Shown: positions 38,097-52,710, counted from the stretch's first letter. The stretch is DNA of 64,000 nucleotides from an uncultured Sphingobacteriales bacterium (GCA_964474835.1 CAYYUA010000002.1:24490-88489); one strand, 5' to 3'. Program-made: numbers and translations. The notes: generated from the sequence alone by a model not told the origin.

Positions 38097-38636
38097 ATGT
38101 CAGAGTTTAAATGGTACGTAGTCAGAGTCATTAGTGGGCAGGAAAAGAAAGTACAAGACCGGGTTGAAACTGAGCTGGAAAGAGAAGGATTAAAAGACCA
38201 TGTGAACCAGATACTGGTTCCAATGGAAAAAGTTGTTCAGCTAAAAAACGGGAAAAAAGTCACAAAAGAGCGAAACTTTTACCCGGGTTACATTATTGTT
38301 CAGGCACAGTTGGAAGCAGAGGTCTTTTACTGTTTCAAGAATACCAATGGTATTGTTGAATTTCTGGGGGAAGGCGACCAGCCAACACCCCTGCGCGAGT
38401 CTGAAATAAACCGTATATTAGGCAAGGTTGATGACCTTCAGCAGAAAGGGGAAGAAATGGAAATTCCCTTTTACACCGGGGAATCAGTCAAAGTTATTGA
38501 CGGGCCGTTCAACGGCTTCAGCGGATTTATAGACGAGATCAATGAAGAACAGAAAAAGCTGAAAGTCATCGTTAAGATATTCGGGCGGAATACCCCTGTT
38601 TCCTTGAATTACATGCAAGTAGAAAAAGAAACATAA
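38097..38636 (+). CDS. nusG: Transcription termination/antitermination factor NusG
   Basis: 179 aa with an NGN domain ([14 protein letters not shown]) and a C-terminal KOW domain ([18 protein letters not shown]). Confidence 0.97.
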   Translation: MSEFKWYVVRVISGQEKKVQDRVETELEREGLKDHVNQILVPMEKVVQLKNGKKVTKERNFYPGYIIVQAQLEAEVFYCFKNTNGIVEFLGEGDQPTPLRESEINRILGKVDDLQQKGEEMEIPFYTGESVKVIDGPFNGFSGFIDEINEEQKKLKVIVKIFGRNTPVSLNYMQVEKET

Positions 38637-38637
38637 G

Positions 38638-39090
38638 ATGGCTAAGGAAGTAACCGGCTACATAAAGCTTCAAGTTAAAGGTGGCGCAGCCAATCCATCA
38701 CCTCCTATTGGTCCGGCTCTTGGGGCTAAGGGTATCAACATCATGGATTTCTGCAAACAGTTCAACGCCAAGACGCAGGATCAACAAGGAAAAGTTCTGC
38801 CAGTTGAGATCACAGTTTACAGCGATAAATCCTTCGATTTCATTATCAAGACCCCTCCCGCAGCTGCTCAGCTTATGGAAGTTTGTGGCGTGGAAAAGGG
38901 ATCAGCCGAGCCGAACAGCGTTAAGGTTGGCTCTGTAAACTGGGATCAGATCCGTGAAATTGCGGAAAATAAGCTCCAGGACCTGAATACTGTTAAGGTA
39001 GAATCAGCCATGAAAATGGTTGCCGGCACTGCCCGGAGCCTGGGCATCAATGTAGAAGGCAATCCGCCCTGGGCTGAACAGGAAAACTAA
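38638..39090 (+). CDS. rplK: 50S ribosomal protein uL11
   Basis: [35 protein letters not shown]. Confidence 0.98.
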   Translation: MAKEVTGYIKLQVKGGAANPSPPIGPALGAKGINIMDFCKQFNAKTQDQQGKVLPVEITVYSDKSFDFIIKTPPAAAQLMEVCGVEKGSAEPNSVKVGSVNWDQIREIAENKLQDLNTVKVESAMKMVAGTARSLGINVEGNPPWAEQEN

Positions 39091-39102
39091 AAGCATTTAA
39101 TA

Positions 39103-39801
39103 TTGGCTACGGTAACTAAGAAGCGCAAAGAAATACTCGAGAAGCTAGATAAAACAAAGCTGTATTCGCTGGATGAAGCTTCCGCTCTGGTTAAGGACAT
39201 CACCACTACTAAGTTTGATGCATCAGTAGACCTGGACATCAGGCTTGGGGTGGATCCTCGCAAGCCTAACCAAATGGTCCGGGGATCGGTCACAATGCCG
39301 CATGGGACCGGTAAGGATGTTCGTGTTCTTGTCCTGTGCAATGAAGACCGGGAGAAAGAAGCAACCGATGCCGGTGCTGACTACGTTGGCTTGGACGACT
39401 ACCTTCAGAAGATTGACCAGGGATGGACCGATGTTGACGTTATCATCACCACCCCCGATGTGATGCCAAAGCTTGGTAAATACGGTAAAACCCTTGGTCC
39501 CAGAGGCTTGATGCCGAATCCAAAGTCAGGGACTGTTACCGACAACCTGGGCGATGCTGTAAGCCAGACGAAGGCTGGAAAAGTGGATTTCCGTGTAGAT
39601 CGTTATGGGATCATTCATACCGGAATCGGCAAAGTGTCTTTTGATGCCCAGAAGCTGTACGACAATGCGCTGGAACTGATCCAGGAAGTTAGCCGGCTTA
39701 AGCCCTCCTCAGCCAAGGGCGAATACTTCCGAAGCATCAACATGTCTTCAAGCATGAGCCCGAGTGTAAAAATCGATAAGCGTTCAATCCCCGGAATATA
39801 G
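39103..39801 (+). CDS. rplA: 50S ribosomal protein uL1
   Basis: 232 aa with [12 protein letters not shown] and DVRVLVL blocks. A TTG start is forced: no in-frame ATG lies between the upstream stop and the conserved N-terminus. Confidence 0.97.
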   Translation: MATVTKKRKEILEKLDKTKLYSLDEASALVKDITTTKFDASVDLDIRLGVDPRKPNQMVRGSVTMPHGTGKDVRVLVLCNEDREKEATDAGADYVGLDDYLQKIDQGWTDVDVIITTPDVMPKLGKYGKTLGPRGLMPNPKSGTVTDNLGDAVSQTKAGKVDFRVDRYGIIHTGIGKVSFDAQKLYDNALELIQEVSRLKPSSAKGEYFRSINMSSSMSPSVKIDKRSIPGI

Positions 39802-39807
39802 ACCCCT

Positions 39808-40335
39808 ATGAAAACCAGAGAAGAAAAAGAGCGCATTGTTGAGCTCTTACAGGACCGCTTTAACGAGTCTGCCAATTTTTACCTGGCAGACATGTCCCAG
39901 CTCAGCGTGAATGACACCAACACTTTTCGTAAGCGCTGCTATGAAGAGGGGATTCACGTTCAGGTTGTCAAGAATAACCTGATCAAAAAAGCGCTTGAGA
40001 ATGCGAACATCACAGATGAAAGCCTTCACGAGGTAATCAAAGGGCCCTCTTCGGTTCTCTTTGCTGAGAATATCAATGCACCCGCTAAGCTCATCAAAGA
40101 GTTCAGGAAAACGCATGATCGCCCGCTGCTGAAAGGGGCTTATGTAGAAGAAACGCTCTATGTAGGCGATGATCAGCTCGATACCTTAGCGGCCCTTAAG
40201 TCGAAGGAAGAGCTCATCGGAGATGTTGTCGGCATACTTCAATCCCCCGCTCAGAATGTGCTGTCAGCACTTCAGTCGGGTAGTAACAAGCTTTCCGGTA
40301 TCCTTAAGACTTTGGGTGATCAGGAAGAATCTTAA
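39808..40335 (+). CDS. rplJ: 50S ribosomal protein uL10
   Basis: 175 aa lying between rplA and rplL, with typical uL10 N-terminal composition. Confidence 0.95.
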   Translation: MKTREEKERIVELLQDRFNESANFYLADMSQLSVNDTNTFRKRCYEEGIHVQVVKNNLIKKALENANITDESLHEVIKGPSSVLFAENINAPAKLIKEFRKTHDRPLLKGAYVEETLYVGDDQLDTLAALKSKEELIGDVVGILQSPAQNVLSALQSGSNKLSGILKTLGDQEES

Positions 40336-40371
40336 CTTATTTACTGAATATCAAAATCAAACACTAGTACA

Positions 40372-40755
40372 ATGGCTGACGTAAAAGAACTAGCAGAACA
40401 GTTGGTGAATCTTTCCGTTAAAGAAGTAAATGAACTTGCAGATGTGCTCAAAGACGAATATGGTATCGAGCCAGCTGCAGCTGCTCCGGTAGCTGCCGCC
40501 CCAGCCGCTGGTGATGGCGGAGGCGGAGAAGCCGCTGAAGAACAAACCGAGTTTGACGTTATGCTCAACGATCCCGGCAGCTCTAAGTTAAACGTGGTTA
40601 AGCTGGTCAAGGAAATGGCTGGTTTAGGCCTGAAGGATGCTAAGGAGATGGTTGACAACCTGCCAAAGCCGGTTAAGGAAGGCGTTACCAAGGAAGAAGC
40701 TGATGATATCAAATCTCAGCTTGAAGATGCCGGAGCTGAAGTAGAGGTTAAATAA
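40372..40755 (+). CDS. rplL: 50S ribosomal protein bL12 (L7/L12)
   Basis: 127 aa with an Ala/Gly/Pro hinge and a C-terminal [24 protein letters not shown]...[10 protein letters not shown]. Confidence 0.98.
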   Translation: MADVKELAEQLVNLSVKEVNELADVLKDEYGIEPAAAAPVAAAPAAGDGGGGEAAEEQTEFDVMLNDPGSSKLNVVKLVKEMAGLGLKDAKEMVDNLPKPVKEGVTKEEADDIKSQLEDAGAEVEVK

Positions 40756-40812
40756 AAAAGTTCAAGCCTGTAAATAGTTGATAGACTCAAATATCATCCT
40801 TTCAGCAAGAAT

Positions 40813-40848
40813 GACCTGCCATTTCGATGTCAGGTCTATTCTTATTTG
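40813..40848 (+). terminator. Weak hairpin plus T-rich tail between rplL and rpoB (candidate attenuator)
   Basis: GACCTG-(12-nt loop)-CAGGTC followed by TATTCTTATTTGT. The position corresponds to the known partial terminator between rplL and rpoB in other bacteria. The stem is only 6 bp. Confidence 0.4.
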
Positions 40849-40886
40849 TACCACCCCTTGCCCTGCTTAGACAGGAGAGGGGTTAA

Positions 40887-43800
40887 TTGTTCAATACCAA
40901 AAGCTTTTTGATCTTGGCAGCAGAAGCAGAATTAGCAACACCGCAAAGGGTGTCGTTTCAGAGCAACGACAAAAGTCTTGAATACCCTGATTTTCTTGAG
41001 GTTCAGCTCAAGTCCTTTCAGGACTTCTTTCAGCTCGAAACGTCTCCGGATGAACGGATCAATGAAGGCTTATACAATGTATTTGCAGAGAATTTTCCTA
41101 TCACCGATAGCCGGGGCATCTATGTGCTCGAGTTTATCGATTACTACATAGATCCGCCCAAGTACAATGTGGATGAATGTGCAGACCGGGGGCTGACCTA
41201 TAGCGTAGCGCTTAAGGCCAAGCTTAAGCTGTACTGCACTGATGAAGAGCACGAGGATTTTGAAACCATTGTACAGGACGTTTACCTCGGCAACATTCCT
41301 TACATCACGTCCAGAGGCTCCTTTATCATCAACGGAGCCGAACGGGTTATTGTAAGCCAGCTTCACCGGTCGCCCGGTGTTTTCTTTAGCCAAAGCTATC
41401 ACACGAATGGCACTAAGCTTTACTCAGCCCGTGTTATTCCTTTCAAGGGCTCGTGGGTTGAATTTGCGACTGATGTCAACAATGTGATGTTCGCCTACAT
41501 CGACCGCCGGAAGAAATTCCCGGTCACCACAATGCTCAGGTCCATCGGCTATGAGTCCGATAAGGAAGTGCTTGAGATTTTCGGCCTGGCTGAAGAAATC
41601 GAAGTCAACAAAAACAACCTTAAGAAAGTCCTGGGCCGCAAGCTGGCAGCCCGTGTACTCCGCAAATGGGTTGAGGATTTTGTGGATGAAGACACCGGTG
41701 AGGTAGTCTCTATTGAGCGGAATGAGATTATCCTGGAACGGGATACTGTTCTGGAAGAAGATCACATAGACCTGATCATCAATGCAAACGTCAAGTCTAT
41801 TATCCTGCACCGGACAGATACCGATTCGTCCGAATATGAAATCATCTATAATACCCTACAGAAGGATCCTTCCAACTCCGGCAAGGAAGCTCTGGAACAT
41901 ATCTACCGTCAGCTGAGAAATGCTGATCCGCCCGATGAGGAAACAGCACGCGGTATCATTGATCGCCTGTTCTTCTCTGACAAGCGTTACGACCTGGGGG
42001 ATGTTGGTCGCTACCGGCTCAATAAAAAGCTTGACCTGGAAATCGGTAATGAGGTAAAGATCCTTACCAAAGAGGATATCATTTCCATTATCAAGTACCT
42101 GATCGAGCTCAGTAACCGGAAAGCTGATGTAGACGACATCGACCACCTGAGTAACAGGCGGGTCCGGACCGTTGGTGAGCAGCTTTACAATCAGTTCGGC
42201 ATTGGCCTTACCCGTATGGCCCGTACTATCCGCGAGCGGATGAACGTCCGGGATAATGAGGTCTTTACCCCAACTGACCTTATCAACAGCCGAACACTGT
42301 CATCAGTCATCAATTCCTTCTTCGGAACCAACCAATTGTCGCAATTCCTCGATCAGACTAACCCGATCGCGGAAATGACCAACAAGCGCCGGCTTTCGGC
42401 ACTCGGGCCGGGCGGCCTCAGCCGTGAGCGGGCTGGTTTTGAGGTTCGGGACGTCCACTACACCCACTATGGCCGCCTCTGTACCATTGAAACGCCGGAA
42501 GGGCCGAACATCGGGCTGATCTCCTCCATGTCGGTCTACTCCAAGATCAACAACATGGGTTTCCTGGAAACCCCGTACCGAAGAGTTGAAGATGGCGTGG
42601 TGCGCTATGATATCCCGGCTGAATACTTAAGTGCCGAGGAGGAGGACGACAAGATCATTGCCCAGGCCAACACCCCCCTCAATGAAGACGGCAGCTTTGC
42701 CGAGGAGCGGGTTATGGCCAGGAACGGTGGCGAGTTTCTGATTACCGATGCCACCGAGATCGATTACATGGATGTGTCTCCGAACCAGATTGTATCAATA
42801 GCAGCCTCCCTCATTCCATTCCTTGAGCACAATGACGCCAACCGTGCCCTGATGGGCAGTAACATGCAGCGCCAGGCTGTTCCCCTGATCAATACAGACT
42901 CTCCTGTTGTGGGAACCGGTATTGAAAACCGGGTGGCAACTGACAGCCGCACCTTCGTTACAGCTGACTATGATGGCGTTATTGATTATGTTGACTCCAA
43001 TAAGCTCGTAGTTCGCTATGATCGGGAGGAAGAGGATGAATTGGTAGACTTTGACACCAACACGAAAACCTATAACCTTACCAAGTTTAAGCGGACCAAT
43101 CAGAGTACCTGCATCAACCTGCGCCCTATTGTGAGCAAGGGGCAGCGCGTTGAAAAAGGACAACTGCTCTGCGATGGTTTCGGTACTGATAACGGGGATC
43201 TGGCCCTCGGGCGCAACCTTAAGGTAGCCTTTATGCCCTGGCAGGGGTACAACTTTGAGGATGCGATCGTGGTCTCTGACCGCGTAGCTAAGGAGGATAT
43301 GTTCACCTCCCTCCACATCAGTGAATTTGAGCTGGACGTACGGGACACAAAACGGGGAATGGAAGAATTCACCAGCGATATCCCGAACGTTAGCGAGGAA
43401 GCCACGAAAGACCTGGACGAAAGTGGTCTGATACGCGTTGGCGCTGAGGTGAAGGAAGGAGACATCCTGATCGGCAAGATTACCCCAAAAGGCGAGTCGG
43501 AACCCTCACCGGAAGAAAAGCTACTACGGGCCATTTTCGGTGAAAAAGCCGGTGATGTCAAGGACGTTTCGCTGAGAGTGCCATCTTCTGTTAGCGGCAT
43601 TGTGATCGATAAAAAGCTCTTCGAGCGCGCCAAGAAGGACAGCGCTTCAAAGAAGCAGAACAAGACACAGCTGGCTAAGCTGGAAGAAGAGCACAACAAG
43701 AACCAAGATGCCATTAAGGAAAAACTGGTGGAAAAGCTCTTTAACCTGCTGAATGGCAAGACATCCCGGGGCGTCTATAATGTGTACAACGAAGAGTTAG

Positions 43801-44732
43801 TACCCAAGGGGAGTAAGTTTACCCAGAAGCTACTATCCAAGCTCGACTATACCCACGTAGATCCGAAGGACTGGACAGCTGATCCGGAAAAGAACCGCAT
43901 TGTTAAGCGCATCCTTCAGAACTACAAAGGGAAGGTCAATGAGGAAATCGGCCGCTTCAAGCGGGAAGAGTTCCAGCTGACCATAGGGGATGAACTTCCG
44001 ACAGGTGTTCTGAAGCTGGCCAAGGTCTACCTTGGTCAAAAGCGGAAGCTATCGATCGGGGATAAGATGGCCGGCCGGCACGGCAACAAGGGTGTAATTG
44101 CCAAGATTGTCCCGGAAGAAGATATGCCGTTTGATGAAAACGGCGTTCCGGTAGATACGGTGCTAAGCCCGCTTGGGGTGCCCTCGCGGATGAACCTGGG
44201 GCAGATCTTTGAAACCGCCTTAGGCTGGGCAGGCCATGAGCTCGGAATTAAGTTCTCTACCCCGGTATTTGATGGTGCCACCTACAAGGATATTGAACAA
44301 TATCTGCGGATGGCCGGCCTGCCCGAAAGCGGTAAAACAACCCTGATTGACGGGCAGTCCGGGGAAACTTTCCACCAGGAAGTGACCGTAGGTGTGATCT
44401 ACATGCTGAAGCTTGGTCACATGGTAGAGGATAAGATGCACGCCCGCTCCATTGGGCCGTACTCGCTTATTACACAGCAGCCCCTTGGCGGAAAGGCTCA
44501 GTTCGGTGGTCAGCGTTTCGGCGAAATGGAAGTCTGGGCACTGGAGGCATTCGGTGCGTCCAATGTGCTGAGAGAGGTGCTTACCGTTAAGTCTGATGAT
44601 ATCGTTGGACGGGCTAAGGCTTATGAGCATATTGTAAAGGGTGAGAACCTTCCTGAGCCCGGCATTCCGGAGTCATTTAATGTCCTGTTGAACGAGCTCA
44701 AGGGTCTGGCTCTGGACGTCAGCCTGGACTAG
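40887..44732 (+). CDS. rpoB: DNA-directed RNA polymerase beta subunit
   Basis: 1281 aa reading [14 protein letters not shown]...[13 protein letters not shown]...[16 protein letters not shown]. It has a non-ATG start: TTG 40887 follows an in-frame TAA, and TTG 40908/40914 are also possible. Confidence 0.98.
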   Translation: MFNTKSFLILAAEAELATPQRVSFQSNDKSLEYPDFLEVQLKSFQDFFQLETSPDERINEGLYNVFAENFPITDSRGIYVLEFIDYYIDPPKYNVDECADRGLTYSVALKAKLKLYCTDEEHEDFETIVQDVYLGNIPYITSRGSFIINGAERVIVSQLHRSPGVFFSQSYHTNGTKLYSARVIPFKGSWVEFATDVNNVMFAYIDRRKKFPVTTMLRSIGYESDKEVLEIFGLAEEIEVNKNNLKKVLGRKLAARVLRKWVEDFVDEDTGEVVSIERNEIILERDTVLEEDHIDLIINANVKSIILHRTDTDSSEYEIIYNTLQKDPSNSGKEALEHIYRQLRNADPPDEETARGIIDRLFFSDKRYDLGDVGRYRLNKKLDLEIGNEVKILTKEDIISIIKYLIELSNRKADVDDIDHLSNRRVRTVGEQLYNQFGIGLTRMARTIRERMNVRDNEVFTPTDLINSRTLSSVINSFFGTNQLSQFLDQTNPIAEMTNKRRLSALGPGGLSRERAGFEVRDVHYTHYGRLCTIETPEGPNIGLISSMSVYSKINNMGFLETPYRRVEDGVVRYDIPAEYLSAEEEDDKIIAQANTPLNEDGSFAEERVMARNGGEFLITDATEIDYMDVSPNQIVSIAASLIPFLEHNDANRALMGSNMQRQAVPLINTDSPVVGTGIENRVATDSRTFVTADYDGVIDYVDSNKLVVRYDREEEDELVDFDTNTKTYNLTKFKRTNQSTCINLRPIVSKGQRVEKGQLLCDGFGTDNGDLALGRNLKVAFMPWQGYNFEDAIVVSDRVAKEDMFTSLHISEFELDVRDTKRGMEEFTSDIPNVSEEATKDLDESGLIRVGAEVKEGDILIGKITPKGESEPSPEEKLLRAIFGEKAGDVKDVSLRVPSSVSGIVIDKKLFERAKKDSASKKQNKTQLAKLEEEHNKNQDAIKEKLVEKLFNLLNGKTSRGVYNVYNEELVPKGSKFTQKLLSKLDYTHVDPKDWTADPEKNRIVKRILQNYKGKVNEEIGRFKREEFQLTIGDELPTGVLKLAKVYLGQKRKLSIGDKMAGRHGNKGVIAKIVPEEDMPFDENGVPVDTVLSPLGVPSRMNLGQIFETALGWAGHELGIKFSTPVFDGATYKDIEQYLRMAGLPESGKTTLIDGQSGETFHQEVTVGVIYMLKLGHMVEDKMHARSIGPYSLITQQPLGGKAQFGGQRFGEMEVWALEAFGASNVLREVLTVKSDDIVGRAKAYEHIVKGENLPEPGIPESFNVLLNELKGLALDVSLD

Positions 44733-44768
44733 ATCAATTTTTCAAACAAATCACTTGGAGGCCTCAGT

Positions 44769-47700
44769 ATGGCAGTGAAGCAACAAGATAAAAGAGTCGA
44801 TAGCAACTTTGAATCTGTACGGATTGGTCTGGCTTCCCCGGAAACCATCCTCAACTGGTCGAACGGGGAGGTCACCAAACCCGAAACCATCAACTATCGG
44901 ACTTTTAAGCCAGAAATGGGTGGGCTCTTCTGCGAGCGCATCTTTGGTCCGGTAAAAGACTACGAATGCCACTGCGGAAAGTACAAGCGTATCCGCTACA
45001 AAGGCATTGTCTGTGACCGCTGTGGCGTAGAAGTCACTGAAAAGAAAGTCCGGCGTGACCGGTTAGGTCATGTAAACCTTGTAGTACCCGTTGCCCACAT
45101 CTGGTACTTCAAGTCCCTTCCCAATAAGATTGGCTACCTGCTTGGTCTTCCGACCAAGAAACTTGAGCTTATCATTTACTATGAGCGATACATCGTCATT
45201 CAGCCCGGCGTAAAGGAGAATGACGGTGTAAACGATATGGATTTCCTTACGGAAGAGGAATACCTTGAGATCCTGGAAACCCTTCCTAAGGAAAACCAGG
45301 CCCTTGAGGATAGTGATCCGCAGAAGTTTATCGCTAAGATGGGCGGGGAGGCGCTAATGACGCTCCTCTCCCGCCTTGACCTGGATAAACTCTCCTACGA
45401 GCTCCGGGATAAAGCCTACCGGGAAACTTCCCAGCAACGGAAAAATGAAGCGCTAAAGCGCCTGAAGGTTATCGAAAGCTTCCGGGATGCCAATAGCCGC
45501 TTCGAGAACCGACCCGAATGGATGATCGTCAAATGCCTGCCGATCATCCCGCCTGAGCTCAGGCCTCTTATTCCACTGGATGGTGGGCGTTTTGCCTCCT
45601 CGGACCTGAATGACCTTTACCGGCGGGTCATTATCCGGAACAACCGCCTTAAGCGATTGATGGAAATCAAGGCTCCGGAAGTTATTCTGCGGAACGAAAA
45701 GCGGATGCTGCAGGAGTCCGTTGACTCCCTGTTCGATAACAGCCGTAAGGTCAGTGCTGTTAAGACCGAAGGCAACCGCCCGCTAAAGTCCTTAAGCGAT
45801 ATGCTCAAAGGCAAGCAGGGCCGCTTCCGCCAGAATCTGCTCGGTAAGCGGGTTGACTACTCCGGCCGCTCCGTTATTATCGTTGGGCCTAAGCTCAAGA
45901 TCAATGAAGTCGGCCTGCCTAAGGATATGGCAGCTGAGCTCTTTAAGCCGTTTGTGATCCGAAAGCTGATTGAGCGCGGTATTGTCAAGACGGTGAAATC
46001 TGCTAAGAAGATTGTAGAGCGCAAGGACCCGGTTATCTGGGATATCCTGGAAAATGTCCTGAAGGGCCATCCAGTTATGCTGAACCGGGCGCCAACGTTG
46101 CACCGTCTTGGGATTCAGGCCTTTCAGCCTAAGCTTACAGAGGGTAAGGCTATCCAGCTGCACCCATTGGTCTGTAAGGGTTTCAATGCCGACTTTGATG
46201 GCGACCAGATGGCTATCCACGTACCGCTGGGGCACGAAGCTATCCTGGAGACGCAGCTGTTAATGATGTCCTCTCACAACGTCCTCAGCCCGGCTGACGG
46301 AACACCGGTACTGGTACCAACGCAGGATCAGGTTCTGGGGCTGTATTACATTACCAAGGGCCGTGAGCACACCCCGGAAAACCCGGTGAAGGGCGAAGGA
46401 GCGCGCTTCCACTCACCAGCTGAGGTGTTCACCGCCTACGAGCACGGCAGCGTATCGCTCAACGCCTGGGTGAAGGTGAAGGCCCCTGTAAAGCAAGAAG
46501 ACGGAAGCCTGCAGGAGCAGATCATTGATACGGTTGTCGGCCGTGTTATATTCAATGAATATGTACCCAAGCGGATGGGCTTTATCAACCAGCACCTGAA
46601 TGGTAAAGCTATCCAGGGCATCATTGATGACGTCTATCGTAACTCAGGACTTACCGAAACCGTAGAGTTCCTGGATAACATTAAGGAGCTTGGCTTCTAT
46701 TACGCCTTTATTGGTGGTATTTCCTTTAACCTGTCGGATGTACCCATTCCGGACGAAAAGGAAACCTACACGGGGGAAGCCCGTGAGGAGATAGAAGAGA
46801 TCTGGGATAACTACTACAACGGCTTCATTACCAATAATGAACGCTATAACCAGGTTATCGATACATGGACTCACAATACCAACAGGGTGACCGAAGAGCT
46901 CATGAAGCAGGTCACAGAAGACCGTCAGGGCTTCAATCCGGTTTACATGATGATGGATTCCGGCGCACGGGGCTCCAAAGAGCAGATCCGGCAGCTTGGC
47001 GGTATGCGGGGCCTGATGGCTAAGCCACGGAAGAGCGCTGGCTCTGGTGGTGGTGAGATCATTGAGAACCCGATTATCTCCAACTTTAAGGAAGGGCTCT
47101 CAGTCCTGGAGTATTTCATTTCCACCCACGGTGCCCGTAAGGGACTGGCTGACACCGCCCTTAAGACGGCTGACGCTGGTTACCTGACCCGTAGGCTTCA
47201 CGATGTGGCTCAGGACGTTGTGGTCCGTGAGCGGGATTGCGGGACCCTCCGGGGCATCTCGATCACAGCGCTCATGGATAAGGAAGAAGAGGTTGAAAGC
47301 CTCTATGAACGGATCCTCGGTCGTGTGCTACTGCATGACGTTGTTCATCCGAATACCAACGAGGTCATTGCAGAGGCTGGTACTCAGCTGACCGAGGAAA
47401 TTGCAGCCCAGATAGAAAACAGTCCTGTTGAAACAGTAGATATCCGCTCCGGACTTACATGCGAGACCAAGGATGGCATCTGTGAGCAGTGCTATGGCCG
47501 TAACCTCGGTACTGGTGATATGGTCGAAAAGGGGGAAGCCGTAGGTGTTGTAGCAGCACAGTCTATTGGTGAGCCTGGTACGCAGCTGACGCTACGGACT
47601 TTCCACACTGGTGGCTCGGCCGCTAAGGTGGCAGAAGAAAGCCAGCTAAAGACCAAACATCCCGGTAAGCTGGAGTTTGAAGGGATCACCACGATCCCAC

Positions 47701-49139
47701 GCCAGGCCACAGAAGATGAAAAGGATTACGCTGATAAGAAGGGCCAGATCGGGGTTGTAACCGGCAGAGCCGGTGAAATCAGGGTCCTTGATAAGGAAAC
47801 TGAGAATACCCTGACCACCTACAATGTCCCCTATGGCTCTCACCTCTATGTATCGGATGGGCAGGAAGTGGAAAAGGATGCCCTGATCTGTCAGTGGGAT
47901 CCGTACAATGCTGTCATTGTAGCTGATCATAACGGTACAGTAACGCTTGAAAACATCATAGAGGGCGTTACGTATCAGGAAGAGGCTGATGAGCAGACAG
48001 GACACCGTGAGAAGGTGATCATCGAATCCAAAGACAAGAAGAAGATCCCGCTGCTCAAGATCTACGACAATAAGAACCTTGAGGGGGAACCGCTTAAGGA
48101 ATACAACCTGCCGGTTTCCGCACACCTCCGCTATGAGGAAGGCGATGAGGTAGCAGCTGGTGATGTCATGGTCAAAATCCCCCGGACAACCAGCCAGACC
48201 CGTGATATCACTGGTGGGCTACCGCGTGTTACCGAGCTCTTTGAAGCCCGTAACCCATCCAATCCGGCCGTTATCTCCGAAATTGATGGAGCTGTTTCAT
48301 TCGGTGGTGTGAAGCGCGGCAACCGTGAGATTCTGATCGAATCCAAAGAAGGGGATGTGAAGAAGTACCTGGTGCCCCTTTCCAAGCACATCCTTGTGCA
48401 GCAGAATGACTACGTCCGCGCAGGTGAGCCGCTTTCAGACGGTGCTATCACACCGGCCGATATCCTGAAGATCCAAGGGCCCTATGCTGTTCAGCAGCAC
48501 ATTGTCAACGGGATTCAGGAAGTATACCGGATGCAGGGCGTGAAGATCAATGACAAGCACATTGAGATTATCGTCCGCCAGATGATGCAGAAGGTACAGG
48601 TCAAAAATGCCGGGGATACCCGATTCCTTGAAAAAGATGCGGTCAATAAGTTTGACGTCATGGAGGAAAACGACTGGATCTACGACAAGAAGGTCGTAAC
48701 CGAAGCCGGTGACTCCAATGACTTAACCCCGGGTCAGATCGTATCCTCCAGGCGGCTTAGAGAGGAGAACTCGAAACTCAAGCGCAAGGACCTTCAGCAG
48801 GTTGAGGCCCGCGATGCTATGCCAGCCACTGTCAGCCCGTTGCTGCAGGGTATAACGAAGGCTAGCTTGAGTACAAAGAGCTTCCTGTCAGCTGCTTCCT
48901 TCCAGGAAACCACCAAGGTGCTAAACGAAGCTGCTATTAGCGGTAAGGAAGACCCCTTGGTAGGCCTGAAAGAGAATGTGATTGTCGGTCACCGGATTCC
49001 GGCTGGTACTGGTCTCCGTGACTATGACAGCATCACCATCGATTCGGATGGTAAGGAGGCTGAGCCTGGTGAAGATCATCAACAACAGATCGAAGCCAAG
49101 GAGCAGCAGGAAGAAGAGCAGCAGCAAGCTTCCTCTTAA
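44769..49139 (+). CDS. rpoC: DNA-directed RNA polymerase beta-prime subunit
   Basis: 1456 aa with a Zn-finger [23 protein letters not shown], the catalytic NADFDGDQM motif and an acidic Q/E-rich C-terminal tail. Confidence 0.99.
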   Translation: MAVKQQDKRVDSNFESVRIGLASPETILNWSNGEVTKPETINYRTFKPEMGGLFCERIFGPVKDYECHCGKYKRIRYKGIVCDRCGVEVTEKKVRRDRLGHVNLVVPVAHIWYFKSLPNKIGYLLGLPTKKLELIIYYERYIVIQPGVKENDGVNDMDFLTEEEYLEILETLPKENQALEDSDPQKFIAKMGGEALMTLLSRLDLDKLSYELRDKAYRETSQQRKNEALKRLKVIESFRDANSRFENRPEWMIVKCLPIIPPELRPLIPLDGGRFASSDLNDLYRRVIIRNNRLKRLMEIKAPEVILRNEKRMLQESVDSLFDNSRKVSAVKTEGNRPLKSLSDMLKGKQGRFRQNLLGKRVDYSGRSVIIVGPKLKINEVGLPKDMAAELFKPFVIRKLIERGIVKTVKSAKKIVERKDPVIWDILENVLKGHPVMLNRAPTLHRLGIQAFQPKLTEGKAIQLHPLVCKGFNADFDGDQMAIHVPLGHEAILETQLLMMSSHNVLSPADGTPVLVPTQDQVLGLYYITKGREHTPENPVKGEGARFHSPAEVFTAYEHGSVSLNAWVKVKAPVKQEDGSLQEQIIDTVVGRVIFNEYVPKRMGFINQHLNGKAIQGIIDDVYRNSGLTETVEFLDNIKELGFYYAFIGGISFNLSDVPIPDEKETYTGEAREEIEEIWDNYYNGFITNNERYNQVIDTWTHNTNRVTEELMKQVTEDRQGFNPVYMMMDSGARGSKEQIRQLGGMRGLMAKPRKSAGSGGGEIIENPIISNFKEGLSVLEYFISTHGARKGLADTALKTADAGYLTRRLHDVAQDVVVRERDCGTLRGISITALMDKEEEVESLYERILGRVLLHDVVHPNTNEVIAEAGTQLTEEIAAQIENSPVETVDIRSGLTCETKDGICEQCYGRNLGTGDMVEKGEAVGVVAAQSIGEPGTQLTLRTFHTGGSAAKVAEESQLKTKHPGKLEFEGITTIPRQATEDEKDYADKKGQIGVVTGRAGEIRVLDKETENTLTTYNVPYGSHLYVSDGQEVEKDALICQWDPYNAVIVADHNGTVTLENIIEGVTYQEEADEQTGHREKVIIESKDKKKIPLLKIYDNKNLEGEPLKEYNLPVSAHLRYEEGDEVAAGDVMVKIPRTTSQTRDITGGLPRVTELFEARNPSNPAVISEIDGAVSFGGVKRGNREILIESKEGDVKKYLVPLSKHILVQQNDYVRAGEPLSDGAITPADILKIQGPYAVQQHIVNGIQEVYRMQGVKINDKHIEIIVRQMMQKVQVKNAGDTRFLEKDAVNKFDVMEENDWIYDKKVVTEAGDSNDLTPGQIVSSRRLREENSKLKRKDLQQVEARDAMPATVSPLLQGITKASLSTKSFLSAASFQETTKVLNEAAISGKEDPLVGLKENVIVGHRIPAGTGLRDYDSITIDSDGKEAEPGEDHQQQIEAKEQQEEEQQQASS

Positions 49140-49161
49140 ACACTTCCGCTAAGCATTCAGA

Positions 49162-49203
49162 CAAACCCTTTTCTGCCAAGACAGAAAAGGGTTTGTTTTT
49201 TTG
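49162..49203 (+). terminator. Strong rho-independent terminator after rpoC
   Basis: CAAACCCTTTTCTG-ccaaga-CAGAAAAGGGTTTG is a perfect 14-bp stem, followed by TTTTTTTGTT. Confidence 0.9.
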
Positions 49204-49242
49204 TTACACCAAGCCTGTTCGAACGGCCTAAAATGATAGCTA

Positions 49243-49578
49243 ATGAGTGATGACGAAAACCAAAATCAGCAGTCGGATGACGATAACCAGCTGAATATTG
49301 AGTTATCAGAAGAAATGGCAGAAGGCACTTATGCTAACCTTGCTGTTATCACCCACTCTGACTCTGAGTTTATCATTGACTTTGTCCGGATTATGCCTGG
49401 TGTTCCTAAAGGGAAAGTTAAGTCCAGGGTATTCATGACCCCAAAGCATGCTAAGAAGCTTTACAAAGCGCTTGAGGATAATTTGAAAAAGCATGAGTCA
49501 GCCCACGGCAAAGTGGAGGAGAGTGACGGCTTCGAAGGGATCCCGATGAACTTTGGCGGCCCTACGCCAGAGGCCTGA
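49243..49578 (+). CDS. DUF3467-family protein
   Basis: 111 aa with an acidic N-terminus followed by GTYANLAVITHSDSEFIIDFVRIMPG...KSRVFMTPKHAKKLYKAL. The position after rpoC is typical for Bacteroidota. Confidence 0.8.
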   Translation: MSDDENQNQQSDDDNQLNIELSEEMAEGTYANLAVITHSDSEFIIDFVRIMPGVPKGKVKSRVFMTPKHAKKLYKALEDNLKKHESAHGKVEESDGFEGIPMNFGGPTPEA

Positions 49579-49616
49579 CATCCGGTACTGTGGCATGCAT
49601 CCAAATCGTTCCAGCA

Positions 49617-49648
49617 TTTGGCTAATAGCAGGCTTTACAGTACCTTTG
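49617..49648 (+). promoter_or_regulatory. Bacteroidota-type promoter (TTTG-N20-TACCTTTG) for the rpsL-rpsG-fusA-S10 operon
   Basis: TTTG at 49617-49620, a 20-nt spacer and TACCTTTG at 49641-49648, 40 nt before the rpsL ATG. It fits the -33/-7 consensus well. Confidence 0.6.
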
Positions 49649-49687
49649 CATCTCCTTTTGAAATCTGAATAAAGGTTGTGTTAAGAT

Positions 49688-50062
49688 ATGCCAACAATAC
49701 AACAGCTTATAAGAAAGAGTCGCGAACCGGTTTATGAAAAGCGGAAATCACCGGCTCTGAACAAATGCCCTCAGCGAAGAGGGGTTTGCACACGCGTTTA
49801 TACCACAACGCCTAAGAAACCCAATTCCTCAATGAGGAAAGTAGCCCGGGTCCGCCTTACCAATGGTAAGGAAGTGAATGCTTATATCCCGGGAGAAGGA
49901 CATAACCTCCAAGAGCACTCGATCGTGCTGTTGCGGGGTGGCCGTGTTAAGGACTTACCGGGTGTTCGCTACCAGGTTGTAAGAGGAGCATTGGATACAG
50001 CAGGTGTAGAGGGCCGGAAGAAGGGCCGTTCGAAGTACGGAACCAAGAAGCCTAAAAAGTAG
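49688..50062 (+). CDS. rpsL: 30S ribosomal protein uS12
   Basis: [10 protein letters not shown]...[20 protein letters not shown]... Confidence 0.99.
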   Translation: MPTIQQLIRKSREPVYEKRKSPALNKCPQRRGVCTRVYTTTPKKPNSSMRKVARVRLTNGKEVNAYIPGEGHNLQEHSIVLLRGGRVKDLPGVRYQVVRGALDTAGVEGRKKGRSKYGTKKPKK

Positions 50063-50074
50063 ACCAACAGGGTT

Positions 50075-50542
50075 ATGAGAAAAAAACAAGCTCCAAAACG
50101 GGTAATAACACCAGATCCGCGCCATGGAGATCGGGTTATCGGTAAGTTTGTGAATAACCTGATGTGGGATGGCAAAAAGTCAATTGCCTACTCCCTTACC
50201 TATGATGCACTGGATATTGTAGAGGAAAAGATGGAAGAGCCGGGCTTAGATGTATTCCGGCGTGCTTTATCTAATACTATGCCTGCTGTGGAAGTCCGGA
50301 GCCGCCGGGTTGGCGGTGCCACTTTCCAGATTCCGGCCGAGATCCGTGAAGATCGTAAGCAAGCACTGGGCATGAAGTGGATTATTCGTTACGCCCGTCT
50401 GCGCACTGGTAAAAGCATGAAGGAAAAGCTTGCCAACGAGATAATGGATGCCTCGAATGGCGAAGGGGCGTCTGTACGCAAGAAGATTGAAACACACAGG
50501 ATGGCGGAAGCAAACAAGGCCTTTTCGCATTTTAGATTTTAA
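50075..50542 (+). CDS. rpsG: 30S ribosomal protein uS7
   Basis: 155 aa reading PDPRHGDRVIGKFVNNLMWDGKKS... Confidence 0.98.
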   Translation: MRKKQAPKRVITPDPRHGDRVIGKFVNNLMWDGKKSIAYSLTYDALDIVEEKMEEPGLDVFRRALSNTMPAVEVRSRRVGGATFQIPAEIREDRKQALGMKWIIRYARLRTGKSMKEKLANEIMDASNGEGASVRKKIETHRMAEANKAFSHFRF

Positions 50543-50562
50543 AACGCAGGATGAACTAAGTT

Positions 50563-52701
<2,139 letters not shown>

Positions 52702-52710
52702 ATCAAGTTC

